64,000 nt of DNA from a virus: the IMG/VR virus record IMGVR_UViG_3300026445_000027, positions 78,779 to 142,778 of that record. One strand, given 5' to 3'. Within the stretch, counting starts at the first letter, position 1; the number at the start of each line of letters is the position of its first letter. Positions 38,067-47,800 of the stretch are shown piece by piece. The position numbers were made by a program, and so were the translations under genes. The notes below the pieces were generated by a model. It searched no databases. It was not told the origin of the DNA and was given only the letters and a program-made list of their open reading frames with translations.

Positions 38067-38106
38067 ATCACACCTGTTGTATATAATGGATTATTGCAGT
38101 AACAAA

Positions 38107-39297
38107 TTAACCAATCGGACTACCAGTGGCAGACTGCATGCCGTTTACTGGGGCCTCACCAGCTCTTATGATCAAATCACCTTTGGACTCAACGATGTAT
38201 TTATTGGCTTCTTTGAAAGTGTTGCCCAGGTAGTAGAGACCGGTGCCGTTATAGCCGATGCCGTAGTACTGCATTTCACACTGATCGCTAGACTCAGCAG
38301 AGATCATTGCTGTAAGGTGTTCTTGTGTGATAGCTGAACTAACGTTTTCAACATAGACGGGGTTGGCGTGCTCACTGAACTCAGCAATGAAATTATCATC
38401 TACCAAAACAACCAACGTCGACAGGCCGTTGATAAGCCACTTGCGATGCGACAGGATGATTACTTTACCTGGGTAGCGATTACCAGTTTTGGTGATCTCT
38501 TCACGAATAAGGTTTTTGGTAGTTTTGCTGAAATTGCCGAAAACTGTGTTATAGTACTTGAGCTGATCCGGGTCATCCAGTACAAAAGGGCGTTTGACGC
38601 TAGGGATATCTTCTTCTGGTCCTGGGTCCCTTGCAGGCTTAGCATTAGCCTTAACATAGTTAGCTTCCAACATCGCCAGTTTGCTTTCTGGTATCAGCCC
38701 ACCTTCGCGAAGCTCTTTGATCATTTCCTTTGTGGCGTAAACGTTGTATTGCTGAATACGTTTGGCGGTTAACGAGTAAGCGTCGAAGAAGCTACCGTCC
38801 AGGTACGCACCAACGTTACCATGGAAATTAGCCAGGATGGTACCGGAGTCGTACTCTTCTTCTGACTCAGCCACGCCACCTGGGGCCAGGCCTGCTTTAG
38901 CCAATGCTTCGCGCAGGTTAGGGTTAGCACTGAACATAATCTCACGTGCCATTGCCGCGATGCGAACTGGATCAGCGCCGTTCAGCAATGCGGGCAGATC
39001 AAAATCTACCGCACCTGGGTCGTCAGTGAGGGACTCTTTGTAGAGACCACCCATACCAGGGTACTCGAGGTCTTTCTCCGTGATCTTGGAGATAGTGTCC
39101 CCGGATGCGTTCATGATGTAAACGTTGCCAGTGATCGGATAAGACCGATTCTTACCTGGCAGTGCATGTTGGATTACCAGCCCGTGGTTTCCATTTGGTG
39201 GGGTACCTAAGTTGACTTTGATGTCAACCGGTTCTTCTACAACCAGCATGCGGAAACTCTTGTTGTCGCGGTCCATCATTTTGATAATGAGGTTCAT
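38107..39297 (-). CDS. Hypothetical protein, paralog family member 4
   Basis: 396 aa; N-terminal domain ends in ITGNVYIMNASGDTISKI. Confidence 0.75.
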   Translation of the reverse strand: MNLIIKMMDRDNKSFRMLVVEEPVDIKVNLGTPPNGNHGLVIQHALPGKNRSYPITGNVYIMNASGDTISKITEKDLEYPGMGGLYKESLTDDPGAVDFDLPALLNGADPVRIAAMAREIMFSANPNLREALAKAGLAPGGVAESEEEYDSGTILANFHGNVGAYLDGSFFDAYSLTAKRIQQYNVYATKEMIKELREGGLIPESKLAMLEANYVKANAKPARDPGPEEDIPSVKRPFVLDDPDQLKYYNTVFGNFSKTTKNLIREEITKTGNRYPGKVIILSHRKWLINGLSTLVVLVDDNFIAEFSEHANPVYVENVSSAITQEHLTAMISAESSDQCEMQYYGIGYNGTGLYYLGNTFKEANKYIVESKGDLIIRAGEAPVNGMQSATGSPIG

Positions 39298-39357
39298 GTA
39301 AACTACTCGTATTAGTTAGTGGTTTGTCTTACTGGTATTGCGTACGTGCTATGTTGC

Positions 39358-39385
39358 CTAAGGTCAGAGCCGCCCCTGACCTTAG
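39358..39385. terminator. Intergenic hairpin
   Basis: CTAAGGTCAG-agccgccc-CTGACCTTAG. Confidence 0.55.
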
Positions 39386-39406
39386 TATTGTTTTGCTCGG
39401 TGTAAA

Positions 39407-40249
39407 TTAACTAAAGGTAACCGGTCGGATATCAAAAACTTCATTATCCAAATTGACGGTAAAGGCTTGTTTGTTAAGAAGGCTGTCGACTCTCCAGCCT
39501 TTGTCTGGAATATACTCAAGCCCATGGGACTCTTTTTCTTTGGCCGAAAGTGTATCGACTGTACGGCACCCTAGTTCAGTAACTACGATATGCGGCTGAG
39601 ATGCACACTCCATGATACCTAACGTTTTGTCAAAATGAGGATTTACATACAAAATCCATGGTCCATTAGGTGGCAAATCTATCATCCACTGGAACATTTG
39701 GGTAAATGGATCAACATGATCTGCGCTAATCAATTCGTTCAACTGATCAAGGCTGTTGCTAGGGAGGAATTGCAATTTACCAAGACCCAAGTAAAGAGTC
39801 GGTGAAGCTGCACGTAAATCTTTAGCACTATTCCAAACGGTAGCTGGATCACTCCCCTGGACACTCCCACCTGGATTCAATGGAGGGAACTGCTTAGGTA
39901 TCTCACTACGCTTATTCAACTCTTCCCAGTCAATGGGGCGGTCGCCACTCATTGCTTCCCGGATAGGTTGTAATACTGCTTCGGTCTGTTCTTCAATACG
40001 CACCGGAGCCATAAGCTTTTCATAGCTTACTTCACTTAACACCAACCCGTCAGGATTCATGATGGTGACGTCACCAGTTACCGGAATGACTTCAGAACGG
40101 AAGTCACCAAAACCCTCGACTACCACCAATGGGGTATTAGACTTGGTCGCAGCAAATACAGTCACACGACCAGCATGTAGCACAGGGATCAAATGGAACC
40201 CGACTTTATCCGAGTGCATTACCTTGATAATAGTTACTGGTTTAATCAT
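39407..40249 (-). CDS. Hypothetical protein, paralog family member 3
   Basis: 280 aa; VTGDVTIMNPDGLVLSEV. Confidence 0.75.
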   Translation of the reverse strand: MIKPVTIIKVMHSDKVGFHLIPVLHAGRVTVFAATKSNTPLVVVEGFGDFRSEVIPVTGDVTIMNPDGLVLSEVSYEKLMAPVRIEEQTEAVLQPIREAMSGDRPIDWEELNKRSEIPKQFPPLNPGGSVQGSDPATVWNSAKDLRAASPTLYLGLGKLQFLPSNSLDQLNELISADHVDPFTQMFQWMIDLPPNGPWILYVNPHFDKTLGIMECASQPHIVVTELGCRTVDTLSAKEKESHGLEYIPDKGWRVDSLLNKQAFTVNLDNEVFDIRPVTFS

Positions 40250-40863
40250 TACGCGGGCTCCCCTATCAATTTCTTAGCTTCTTCTTCAGACAAGTTAAAT
40301 GTAAAACCGAAATTAGTTGCTACTGGTTCGCGAGTCTTTCTGTTCACCCCGATAAATGAGTAAGCTAACTCCGGAGTGGATGGGTCGATAAAGATTTCGT
40401 GGTCATGGCACGATGCGTAGAAAGCCTGATCGGATCCTAGGAGCACTATTGGACTTTCTTCACCCATGTGCGGCTTGGGGATAAATACCGAAATAGGGTT
40501 TCCGCAGTAGAGGGTGGCGCGGGTTCTTACTTTCCAGATGCCATTTGTAGAGACAGTCAGTCGTTTTTCCAACAGCTCCATCCAGAACTCTTTGCTTCCT
40601 GGTGCGGTGGGAGTGGGAGGGTACACCAGATCGGAAAGTTTCACTAACTGGATCAAGGCACCTGTGTGAGACTTGATCTCTACGTCACCACGCAGTTGGT
40701 AAACGGCGGTATTTTCCTCCAACACCCCGTCTATTTCAACAACCCCTTTCTGGATAGTCAAGGTAGCATGACCTCGGCCAAACTTCATGACCTCTTGACT
40801 ACCCACTTGGAGGACAGTACCTACTGAACCATAGCTAGTAAACAACGTTACGATAAGACTCAT
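40249..40863 (-). CDS. Hypothetical protein, paralog family member 2
   Basis: 204 aa; LRGDVEIKSHTGALIQLV. Confidence 0.75.
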   Translation of the reverse strand: MSLIVTLFTSYGSVGTVLQVGSQEVMKFGRGHATLTIQKGVVEIDGVLEENTAVYQLRGDVEIKSHTGALIQLVKLSDLVYPPTPTAPGSKEFWMELLEKRLTVSTNGIWKVRTRATLYCGNPISVFIPKPHMGEESPIVLLGSDQAFYASCHDHEIFIDPSTPELAYSFIGVNRKTREPVATNFGFTFNLSEEEAKKLIGEPA

Positions 40864-41114
40864 GACGCGCCCTCTACACTATAGGCCGTGACAGTTTGGA
40901 TTACTTCACCGTTTGCATTACAGATCTCCACTTCCCCATCAAAGCCGTAGGCGGTAATGCTGTTACTAGATCCATTAACTGAAGGGATACGTACATGTGG
41001 ATCGGAATTGGTGTACCGACCGAATTCAATACGCTCGCCAACTTTAACCGTCAGTACGTTTTTCACAACGCCTTTGCTGTTCTTAACGATTACCAACATT
41101 GCCAACTGACTCAT
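40860..41114 (-). CDS. Hypothetical protein, paralog family member 1 (stand-alone domain)
   Basis: Start moved to ATG 41114 (GGAG RBS); FDGEVEICNANGEVIQTV. Confidence 0.7.
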   Translation of the reverse strand: MSQLAMLVIVKNSKGVVKNVLTVKVGERIEFGRYTNSDPHVRIPSVNGSSNSITAYGFDGEVEICNANGEVIQTVTAYSVEGAS

Positions 41115-41146
41115 ACTTACTCCAATTATTAAAATGCGTGTATAAA

Positions 41147-41173
41147 CCCTACCTAGCTTATAGCTAGGTAGGG
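41147..41173. terminator. Intergenic hairpin
   Basis: CCCTACCTAGCT-tat-AGCTAGGTAGGG. Confidence 0.65.
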
Positions 41174-41179
41174 GTACCA

Positions 41180-41830
41180 TTAAACGGCTTCTACTACGAT
41201 CGGGTCTTCGACTTCTGGCTTCGGATGGGTGGAAGCTTCACCAGGAGTAGTCTCCGGCTTAACCGCTTCATCCTTGGCGTCCTTCGGATCTTTGATCACC
41301 AGGTGGGCAGGCCGTACCGATTTCACTTCTGGTACTGGCGGGAACACGAATACGTCCACGTCACCACCGGACATCACATCCAGCTTACAGGCAGTTTTAA
41401 CCGCCTTAGCCGCATTCTGCCCCACGCACATAGCAGCCAGTGCAAAACGGCTACCGCTACCGCTGGAGTATGGAACGTTTACCGGCAGCAGGAACTGCTC
41501 TTCACCACGCTTCTCTTTGTTGGCGTAGATGCTCCAGGCCAGTACCTCGTGGCGCTCAGTAATGAGGATCGCCTCGAAGTCCAGTTCCTCGTCGTGCGTT
41601 ACCCGTGTACGGTAGTCGATACCCTTACGCAGGTACTCCTTGATGTACTCGATGGCATGTGCCTGGCCACACACGCCGAATGCGATGATGCGTACGCCAG
41701 CTGCTTCCCAGTACTCGGTAGCTGCGTCTGGCTTGTGGATCTTCTTGAAGTTACCTGGCATGGCCATCCAGCCTTTAGTAGCCTGACCATCACTTGCCAT
41801 CATTCCGTCGCTAACTGCGATAGTAGTCAT
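41180..41830 (-). CDS. Proteasome-beta/HslV-like Ntn threonine peptidase
   Basis: N-terminal (M)TTIA, ASDGQAT, FKKI, SGSG and DVMSGG motifs. Confidence 0.8.
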   Translation of the reverse strand: MTTIAVSDGMMASDGQATKGWMAMPGNFKKIHKPDAATEYWEAAGVRIIAFGVCGQAHAIEYIKEYLRKGIDYRTRVTHDEELDFEAILITERHEVLAWSIYANKEKRGEEQFLLPVNVPYSSGSGSRFALAAMCVGQNAAKAVKTACKLDVMSGGDVDVFVFPPVPEVKSVRPAHLVIKDPKDAKDEAVKPETTPGEASTHPKPEVEDPIVVEAV

Positions 41831-41938
41831 TTACTATAAACCCCTTAGGTACCAAATAATGATCGTCTGCCTAACTAACCAGTAGTAAGCAATAACATAA
41901 CACTCTAGCAAATAAATAATCCGGTGTTACTCATACTG

Positions 41939-41956
41939 GTAATGTAGGTTTAAGTA
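41939..41956 (-). promoter_or_regulatory. Phage early-type promoter
   Basis: Minus strand TACTTAAACCTACATTAC. Confidence 0.65.
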
Positions 41957-42009
41957 TTTCTTAGGTAATGCAAATATAACCCTTACCCTACCCTCCCTAA
42001 GGAAGATAG

Positions 42010-42250
42010 AAGTATAATAATTAATATATATTTTTCTAATTTTTGACACATTCTATGTCTATTTAAATTTAGTAATATAGTAAAGGGGGCTGCGCCCCCT
42101 TTACTAGTCATCTATGCTAAAGCATAAAGGCTATGAGTCTCGTCATCTACTAACGTAGATTCCTCGGCCTAAGCATCCTCCCCGGTAAGGCTATTCACTC
42201 CGTTCCGTTCGCCGAAGGCTCACTTCACTACGTTCATAACCTTACCACCC
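42010..42250. other. AT-rich tract plus structured DNA element, origin-like
   Basis: AT-rich 42010-42080, palindrome TAGTAAAGGGGGC-t-GCGCCCCCTTTACTA, and a stem with tandem CTCCGTT/CTACGTT repeats. Confidence 0.4.
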
Positions 42251-42349
42251 CTCCTTCAAAAATCTGAAATGAGAAAGTGGCAATTAACATAACATACAAA
42301 CCAGATAAAAATTAAGAGATGCTATAGACCTACTTAGAGGTAAACAGAC

Positions 42350-43198
42350 ATGAACGCGGTTCAATATGCAATCAATCGATTACACGGAAGTGACATCGAT
42401 GAGTATTTGCTCAAGCTAGCCTTTGAGCAAAATCCAAATACCAACTGGTCAGGTAACTGGTACAACACTGTTAATGCCACTACGATAGACCAAGGGGTAC
42501 TGGAGAAAGTAATCCACCGTACGGTATTGCCAGCCTGTAATGCACGGGGTGGTAAGACTGAGTACATCGATATCTCTAGCAGCCGTATCCGTGATTTAGG
42601 TAATGGTTGTATTGAGGTCAACGTGCCAGACATTATCACCGGTGGTCGGAAGATCATTAGTGTGGCTGAAGTCTACTTGGGTTCCATGACCTCTGCTTCT
42701 GGTATGCTGGGTATCGGTATCAACGATAACGCACTGTGTGGCCAGGGTGCTATCAGTGACATGACGCAGTCGCTGTTGGACTCGATTACCCCTAGTCGTA
42801 TGTTCCCGGTTACCTTTACCAACATCCACATGACTGGTAACAACAGTTTCGTGATCTTTGGTATGAACTCCGGTACGTTCTCCATGTCAGCCAAAATGAC
42901 CTTGGAGTACGATGAAGGGTTGTCCAGTATCAGCTCACGGCACCACGAGCTGTTTGCAGACCTCGTAGAGCTCGCTGTGAAGGCTTATATTTACCGTACC
43001 TGCCGTAGACCTACCAGTGACGCTGTAAAGCGCGCAGGGGTCGCCCTGGACGATATCAAAGACGATATCGCTAACTATCGCTCGGCATGGGATGACTATA
43101 AGGAAATGGTCAAGACCACTTGGACCAATGCCATGGCTTGGAGTGATCGTCTGACTGTACACGAGACTATCAAGTCGGCGATCCCTAGACGAATGTAA
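42350..43198 (+). CDS. Conserved probable virion structural protein
   Basis: 282 aa; GAGGT RBS; near the terminase and tail block. Confidence 0.65.
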   Translation: MNAVQYAINRLHGSDIDEYLLKLAFEQNPNTNWSGNWYNTVNATTIDQGVLEKVIHRTVLPACNARGGKTEYIDISSSRIRDLGNGCIEVNVPDIITGGRKIISVAEVYLGSMTSASGMLGIGINDNALCGQGAISDMTQSLLDSITPSRMFPVTFTNIHMTGNNSFVIFGMNSGTFSMSAKMTLEYDEGLSSISSRHHELFADLVELAVKAYIYRTCRRPTSDAVKRAGVALDDIKDDIANYRSAWDDYKEMVKTTWTNAMAWSDRLTVHETIKSAIPRRM

Positions 43199-43207
43199 GG
43201 TAACCCT

Positions 43208-44533
43208 ATGACAGCTTTTGTCCCCTTCAGTTGGTTCGAGCCGCTATCGGAACACGGTATCGGTTGTATTGCTGGGATGGAGGAACTCTTTAGTGATATT
43301 AACTACAAGAGTGACCAAGCCATCCTGGCCGTGTGTAACAAGTTTGGTGAGTACCTAGACATCACCCCACAATGGGCTATGTCACTGCGACGCTATGTTT
43401 ATGGTTTCACCACCCGTACAGTGGGCATGGTCAACTATCTGGACTTCTTCGGTAGCCCTTACCTGGGACTCCAGAAAATTACCTTTACCACTGGGGACCG
43501 TAACTTATGGTTCAGCGAGATCTTCGACGTCGACGAAGAAGAACTCAAAGAGAACCTGCACGAAGTCAAGTCCATTCAGAAAGAGTGGAACGTAGTAGGG
43601 GATGTGTTCAACATGACCATCCCTTATCTGCTGTACCGCACGTACCACTCCAAGCTAGACCCCAAGACGAAACACCAAGCAATGGTGGATATCGTCTGCA
43701 TGTATCACTACAAGTGCTTCACCAGCATCATTCACAACGACTACCCTTACCAAGCACGTAAGGAAGTGGTCCTGGAAACCTACAATCGCTTGTCGAAGAA
43801 ATACGACATCAAGCAGTACGGTAGCTGGCGTGCACTGATTGAAGCCCGAGCGAACTTCATCCTGGATCCCAAGACTGGCATCCACTTCGATGCGTTCACC
43901 AAAATGGACGACGATAAAAAGATCGTCTACATGGTCGGGGATATCCAAAACCGGTTCCGCCGGGTAATCAACGATATCAACAAGGTATTCCACGAAGTAA
44001 AGAACAAGACCAACATCGTCTCCATTGAAGGAGCAAAGGTAAACCTCCAGGACGAGATTACCATCAAGTCGGTGTCCAAGGAAGTTACCCAGAACAACTT
44101 GTATATTGACCGGATCCTCACAGAGGAAACGTCGTTTTACAAGCCCGAGCTGGTTAACTATGCCTCCTCCGTTTTGGAGCACCCCAATACCGAGAAACTC
44201 GCTTACTTGGTACAGCAGTTACCTGGGGCCTACAAGAACCCCAAAGACAAACATGCTAAGGTGTTTGTCGATGCCGTAATCGAACACATGTGGGAATACC
44301 TGCACTCGAACGGCATCAAGAAGACCAACGTGTCGGAAGTCCTTGTTAGACTGCGTGGTGCATATGGGGCACCCAAGTCCAACAACAACACCGTTAAGGT
44401 GGTACGCCAGGAAGGGGAAGAAGTCGTCCGTAAACTGACGGGTATCAAAACCCCGATGGCGGTACAATCCTTGCGTGCTGGACTCAGTCTGTACATCGTT
44501 ATCCGAATCCTTTCCAAAGACCTCTACGACTAA
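43208..44533 (+). CDS. Conserved probable virion structural protein
   Basis: 441 aa; AAGGT RBS; next to terminase. Confidence 0.65.
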   Translation: MTAFVPFSWFEPLSEHGIGCIAGMEELFSDINYKSDQAILAVCNKFGEYLDITPQWAMSLRRYVYGFTTRTVGMVNYLDFFGSPYLGLQKITFTTGDRNLWFSEIFDVDEEELKENLHEVKSIQKEWNVVGDVFNMTIPYLLYRTYHSKLDPKTKHQAMVDIVCMYHYKCFTSIIHNDYPYQARKEVVLETYNRLSKKYDIKQYGSWRALIEARANFILDPKTGIHFDAFTKMDDDKKIVYMVGDIQNRFRRVINDINKVFHEVKNKTNIVSIEGAKVNLQDEITIKSVSKEVTQNNLYIDRILTEETSFYKPELVNYASSVLEHPNTEKLAYLVQQLPGAYKNPKDKHAKVFVDAVIEHMWEYLHSNGIKKTNVSEVLVRLRGAYGAPKSNNNTVKVVRQEGEEVVRKLTGIKTPMAVQSLRAGLSLYIVIRILSKDLYD

Positions 44534-44542
44534 GGTAAGACC

Positions 44543-44836
44543 ATGACCATCGCCAACGCTAAAATCGAACGCTACAACGAAACCCACATCCTGGGTGTAG
44601 CGGAGTTGACCCACTCGAAAGGCACCGAAGAAGTGCGCTTTGTAGCACCGAAGCCAGTGGAAGGTTTCGACCCGCACGGCAGCCCAGAGCTCGATGCCAG
44701 TGCGCGTTATTTCTCCAGCCCAATGATCGCGCATACCAACTTCGACGACTTGTCGAATAACGTAGTGCTCACCCCAGCGTTCATCGGTCGCGACCTGGGT
44801 GCCATGCAAGCCCATCTGGTCAAGAACTTTAAGTAA
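44543..44836 (+). CDS. Hypothetical protein
   Basis: 97 aa; AAGGT RBS; high-expression codon bias. Confidence 0.7.
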   Translation: MTIANAKIERYNETHILGVAELTHSKGTEEVRFVAPKPVEGFDPHGSPELDASARYFSSPMIAHTNFDDLSNNVVLTPAFIGRDLGAMQAHLVKNFK

Positions 44837-44843
44837 GCGATCA

Positions 44844-44878
44844 TATACCCTCCTGGCCGTCAAGGCCAGGAGGGTATA
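44844..44878. terminator. Hairpin between convergent genes
   Basis: TATACCCTCCTGGCC-gtcaa-GGCCAGGAGGGTATA. Confidence 0.8.
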
Positions 44879-44882
44879 GCCC

Positions 44883-47800
44883 TTATGCTGCAAGTTTACG
44901 TTCAAGCATCCGTTTAGCGCGTTCGATCTTGGCCCCTTCAAGCAGGCTGTCGACAGTAAGCAGCTTCGCGGTTTCTGCTGGGAGCAACTTAGTTAACTTA
45001 CGGATCTCAGCTTCCAGACGCAATGCCAGGATGTTGTCATTGGTTTTCAGCAGTTCTTCAGTAAGCCCGTTGATTTTCAACCTAATGTTGTCAAAGAACG
45101 CCACAATACTCGGGTCCATCTTGGTCTCTTCTTTCTGCTTACCTACGTCCAGTAGGTTTTGCGTGTCAGTAAGAGCCAGTGCAGGCATGATCCCGTAGTA
45201 CGGTTTGTTACCACCCAACTTGATGAACCAGTACGTCAGCAACCAAGCAATTACCAAGTCATCGTGTTGCTTAGAGTCGTGGTCAATGCGATCGCCCTTA
45301 GTCCGCAGGTTGATCAACTCATCAGCCAGTTTGTCGTAAGCAATGCCATACCCCGTTACAGCAACTGCTTCCTGAATCAAACCATACAGCACCTTACGCG
45401 ACGACGCCGAAGTGTTGAAGCCGAACAAGTGTTTGTATTTCAGGTAGAAGTTTTTGTCCCGGTACGAGAACTTGGTGTTCTGCACTGCTTCCAGTTCCTT
45501 GGAGTGCAATGCGGGTTCGTGGTAGACCTGGTTGAATATCCGCTGGAATGGGTCCATCCCTTTGGACGGCAGCAGGATAAGTAAGCTGTCGATCATGTGG
45601 TGAGCATAGTTACGCTCGATTACCAGCACACTGTTCTGCAACACTTGCAGCATGTCCACGATAATCGCTGTAACGTCGTCCAGCATAGCCAGTGGGTAAC
45701 GACCTACCCCAACGACCTTGCCGGTCTTCATCGAGCGGATAATCAGTGTACAGGCGTCCTTGTTGATGGCCGACGACGTATCCACCCCAATGATGAAGTG
45801 GTCGTTGTGTTCCTTCTTGGACATTTCCATCAACTGCTCTTGCGTAACAAAGAAGTCTACGAACAGACCACTGTCACGGTATTCCTTACTCCAGAGTTTC
45901 TCCCGCTTAACGTTGTTGATGGCTTCACGAGTCAAGTCATCGAACAGCCGGTTCTCACCGTCCTCCACCCACATTAACAACAAGTCGATCTTGGCCTTAG
46001 CAAGACTGAGGTTGAGCTCGTCGATTGTCCGTTTGACCCAGTCTTTGTTTTTACCCAACTGCATGTAGTTGTAAACCATGGACACCGACGGTGCGGTAGT
46101 CTTAGTTGGGCTAGCACGAATCAAGCGGTCTTTGAGGTGGGACTCACTGTACGAGTCAAAGAACTTCTCACGCCACTCGGTAGCAGACATTAACTTCTCG
46201 AACATGAATGCACCACTTGGATGCAGGGTCGTGTTCGGAGTAGTGATATATCCAATACCGTATGGCTGGCCGTTCTCCCGACACAGTTCCATCTCAGTAA
46301 GTGCAGATGGCATCGCGCCGTTGATGATCGCCTCAATCCAGGAGATATACCCTGGTTCATCGAGGAACGTGGTGCCTACCGTTAAACCACGACCAACGTC
46401 ACCCGCGGCATCCTGGCCGATCTGTGGAACGTTAATCGTTAGTACGTTTACCTTGTCCTCACCAAACGCCCGGTAAGTTAAGTAGGTACCTGCGTCTTTG
46501 TCCTTGTACGTCGAGTTAACCAGGTAGTTCGGAATACAACTCCGCATCCGTTTAACTGCGTCAATGAACTGCGCACGGTTATCCGACTTCAGCGTAATCA
46601 CATGGGTCTTGTAGCCACGACCGTTGATATACGTTAACCAGAAGTTAATGACCTGGACCGACACCGTGTTGTGGGTGACGATAAAGTCATCGGTGATATA
46701 CAGGTGCTGTTCGTTATCCACCTCAATGCAGGTACACTCTTGATCACCACTAAATTCAATCTTGGTGATGAAAAGCTGGTTGGGTACGTTAGGTTCTTCA
46801 GCCTCGTTGAACTTGTAGTACTTGCAACCTTCTGGCAGAGTGATTACCACACCTTCATCAGTGGCGGTAGCAGTACCACCGAGTCCCCGTGCCAGATATT
46901 GGAGTTGATTTACGATTACCCGGTTAGAGGTCTTATACAGCAAACCCTTTGGGGTAGGGTGGGCTAGATCCAGAAACGCGTGTAACACGTCACTGCGGTC
47001 CTCTATACAGCCTTCCAGGTAGTCCTGTGGCAGACCCTGTGCGTGAGTGATGCTCAGGTCGTTATCATTGGACATGCGCAGGTAGGCACTGTCACCTTGG
47101 ATCACCAGTTTCAGGTGTTTAGGCAACTTGTTGCTCAGGTACCAAGTAGCTTTCTGACTGATCTTACCCAGATGGATTAACTTACCATCGTTAGGCGCAG
47201 CAAACAGCAGACCCATCACATAAGGACGGATCATACGTTTCTTTTTGGGTGGTCCTTCTTCAGGCTCGATCAGCGGTAGTTCAATCTTGATACCTTTATT
47301 GATACGTCGTTTAATCTGGGACGTGGTGTACTCATCCCAGATAGGGTCTACGTTGACCTTACGGTTATGGTCGCCAACCGACCACAGGTGTTCTGCCCCA
47401 GCTTCCGTGGTACGTCCATCCGAGCAGGTAACCAAGTAGGTACGTTTCTTACCTTGTGGGTGTACACCAATGACCGTGGTCTCGTTACCATAGCGGTCAA
47501 TGATCTCATCACCAACCCGCAGGTCACCGATATTAACCCAATGGTCTTGCGGACGACCGTAAGCATTTTCTTTACGCTTCTTACGGACTTTCTTGGTATT
47601 CGGTTGGTACTTGCCCTGCTGACGGGGCATGATCATGTAACTAGTAATGTGGTTCAGGTAGTTCCAGATAAAACTGATGTTACCCCGGTTAGCCTGGAAA
47701 TAACGATCCGCCCGTACCTTACAGACTTCACGTAGGAAATACCAGAAGTTAGCCCGGCACTCCTCCATGATCCACTGACGTTGTTCGTTAGTGAGATCCT

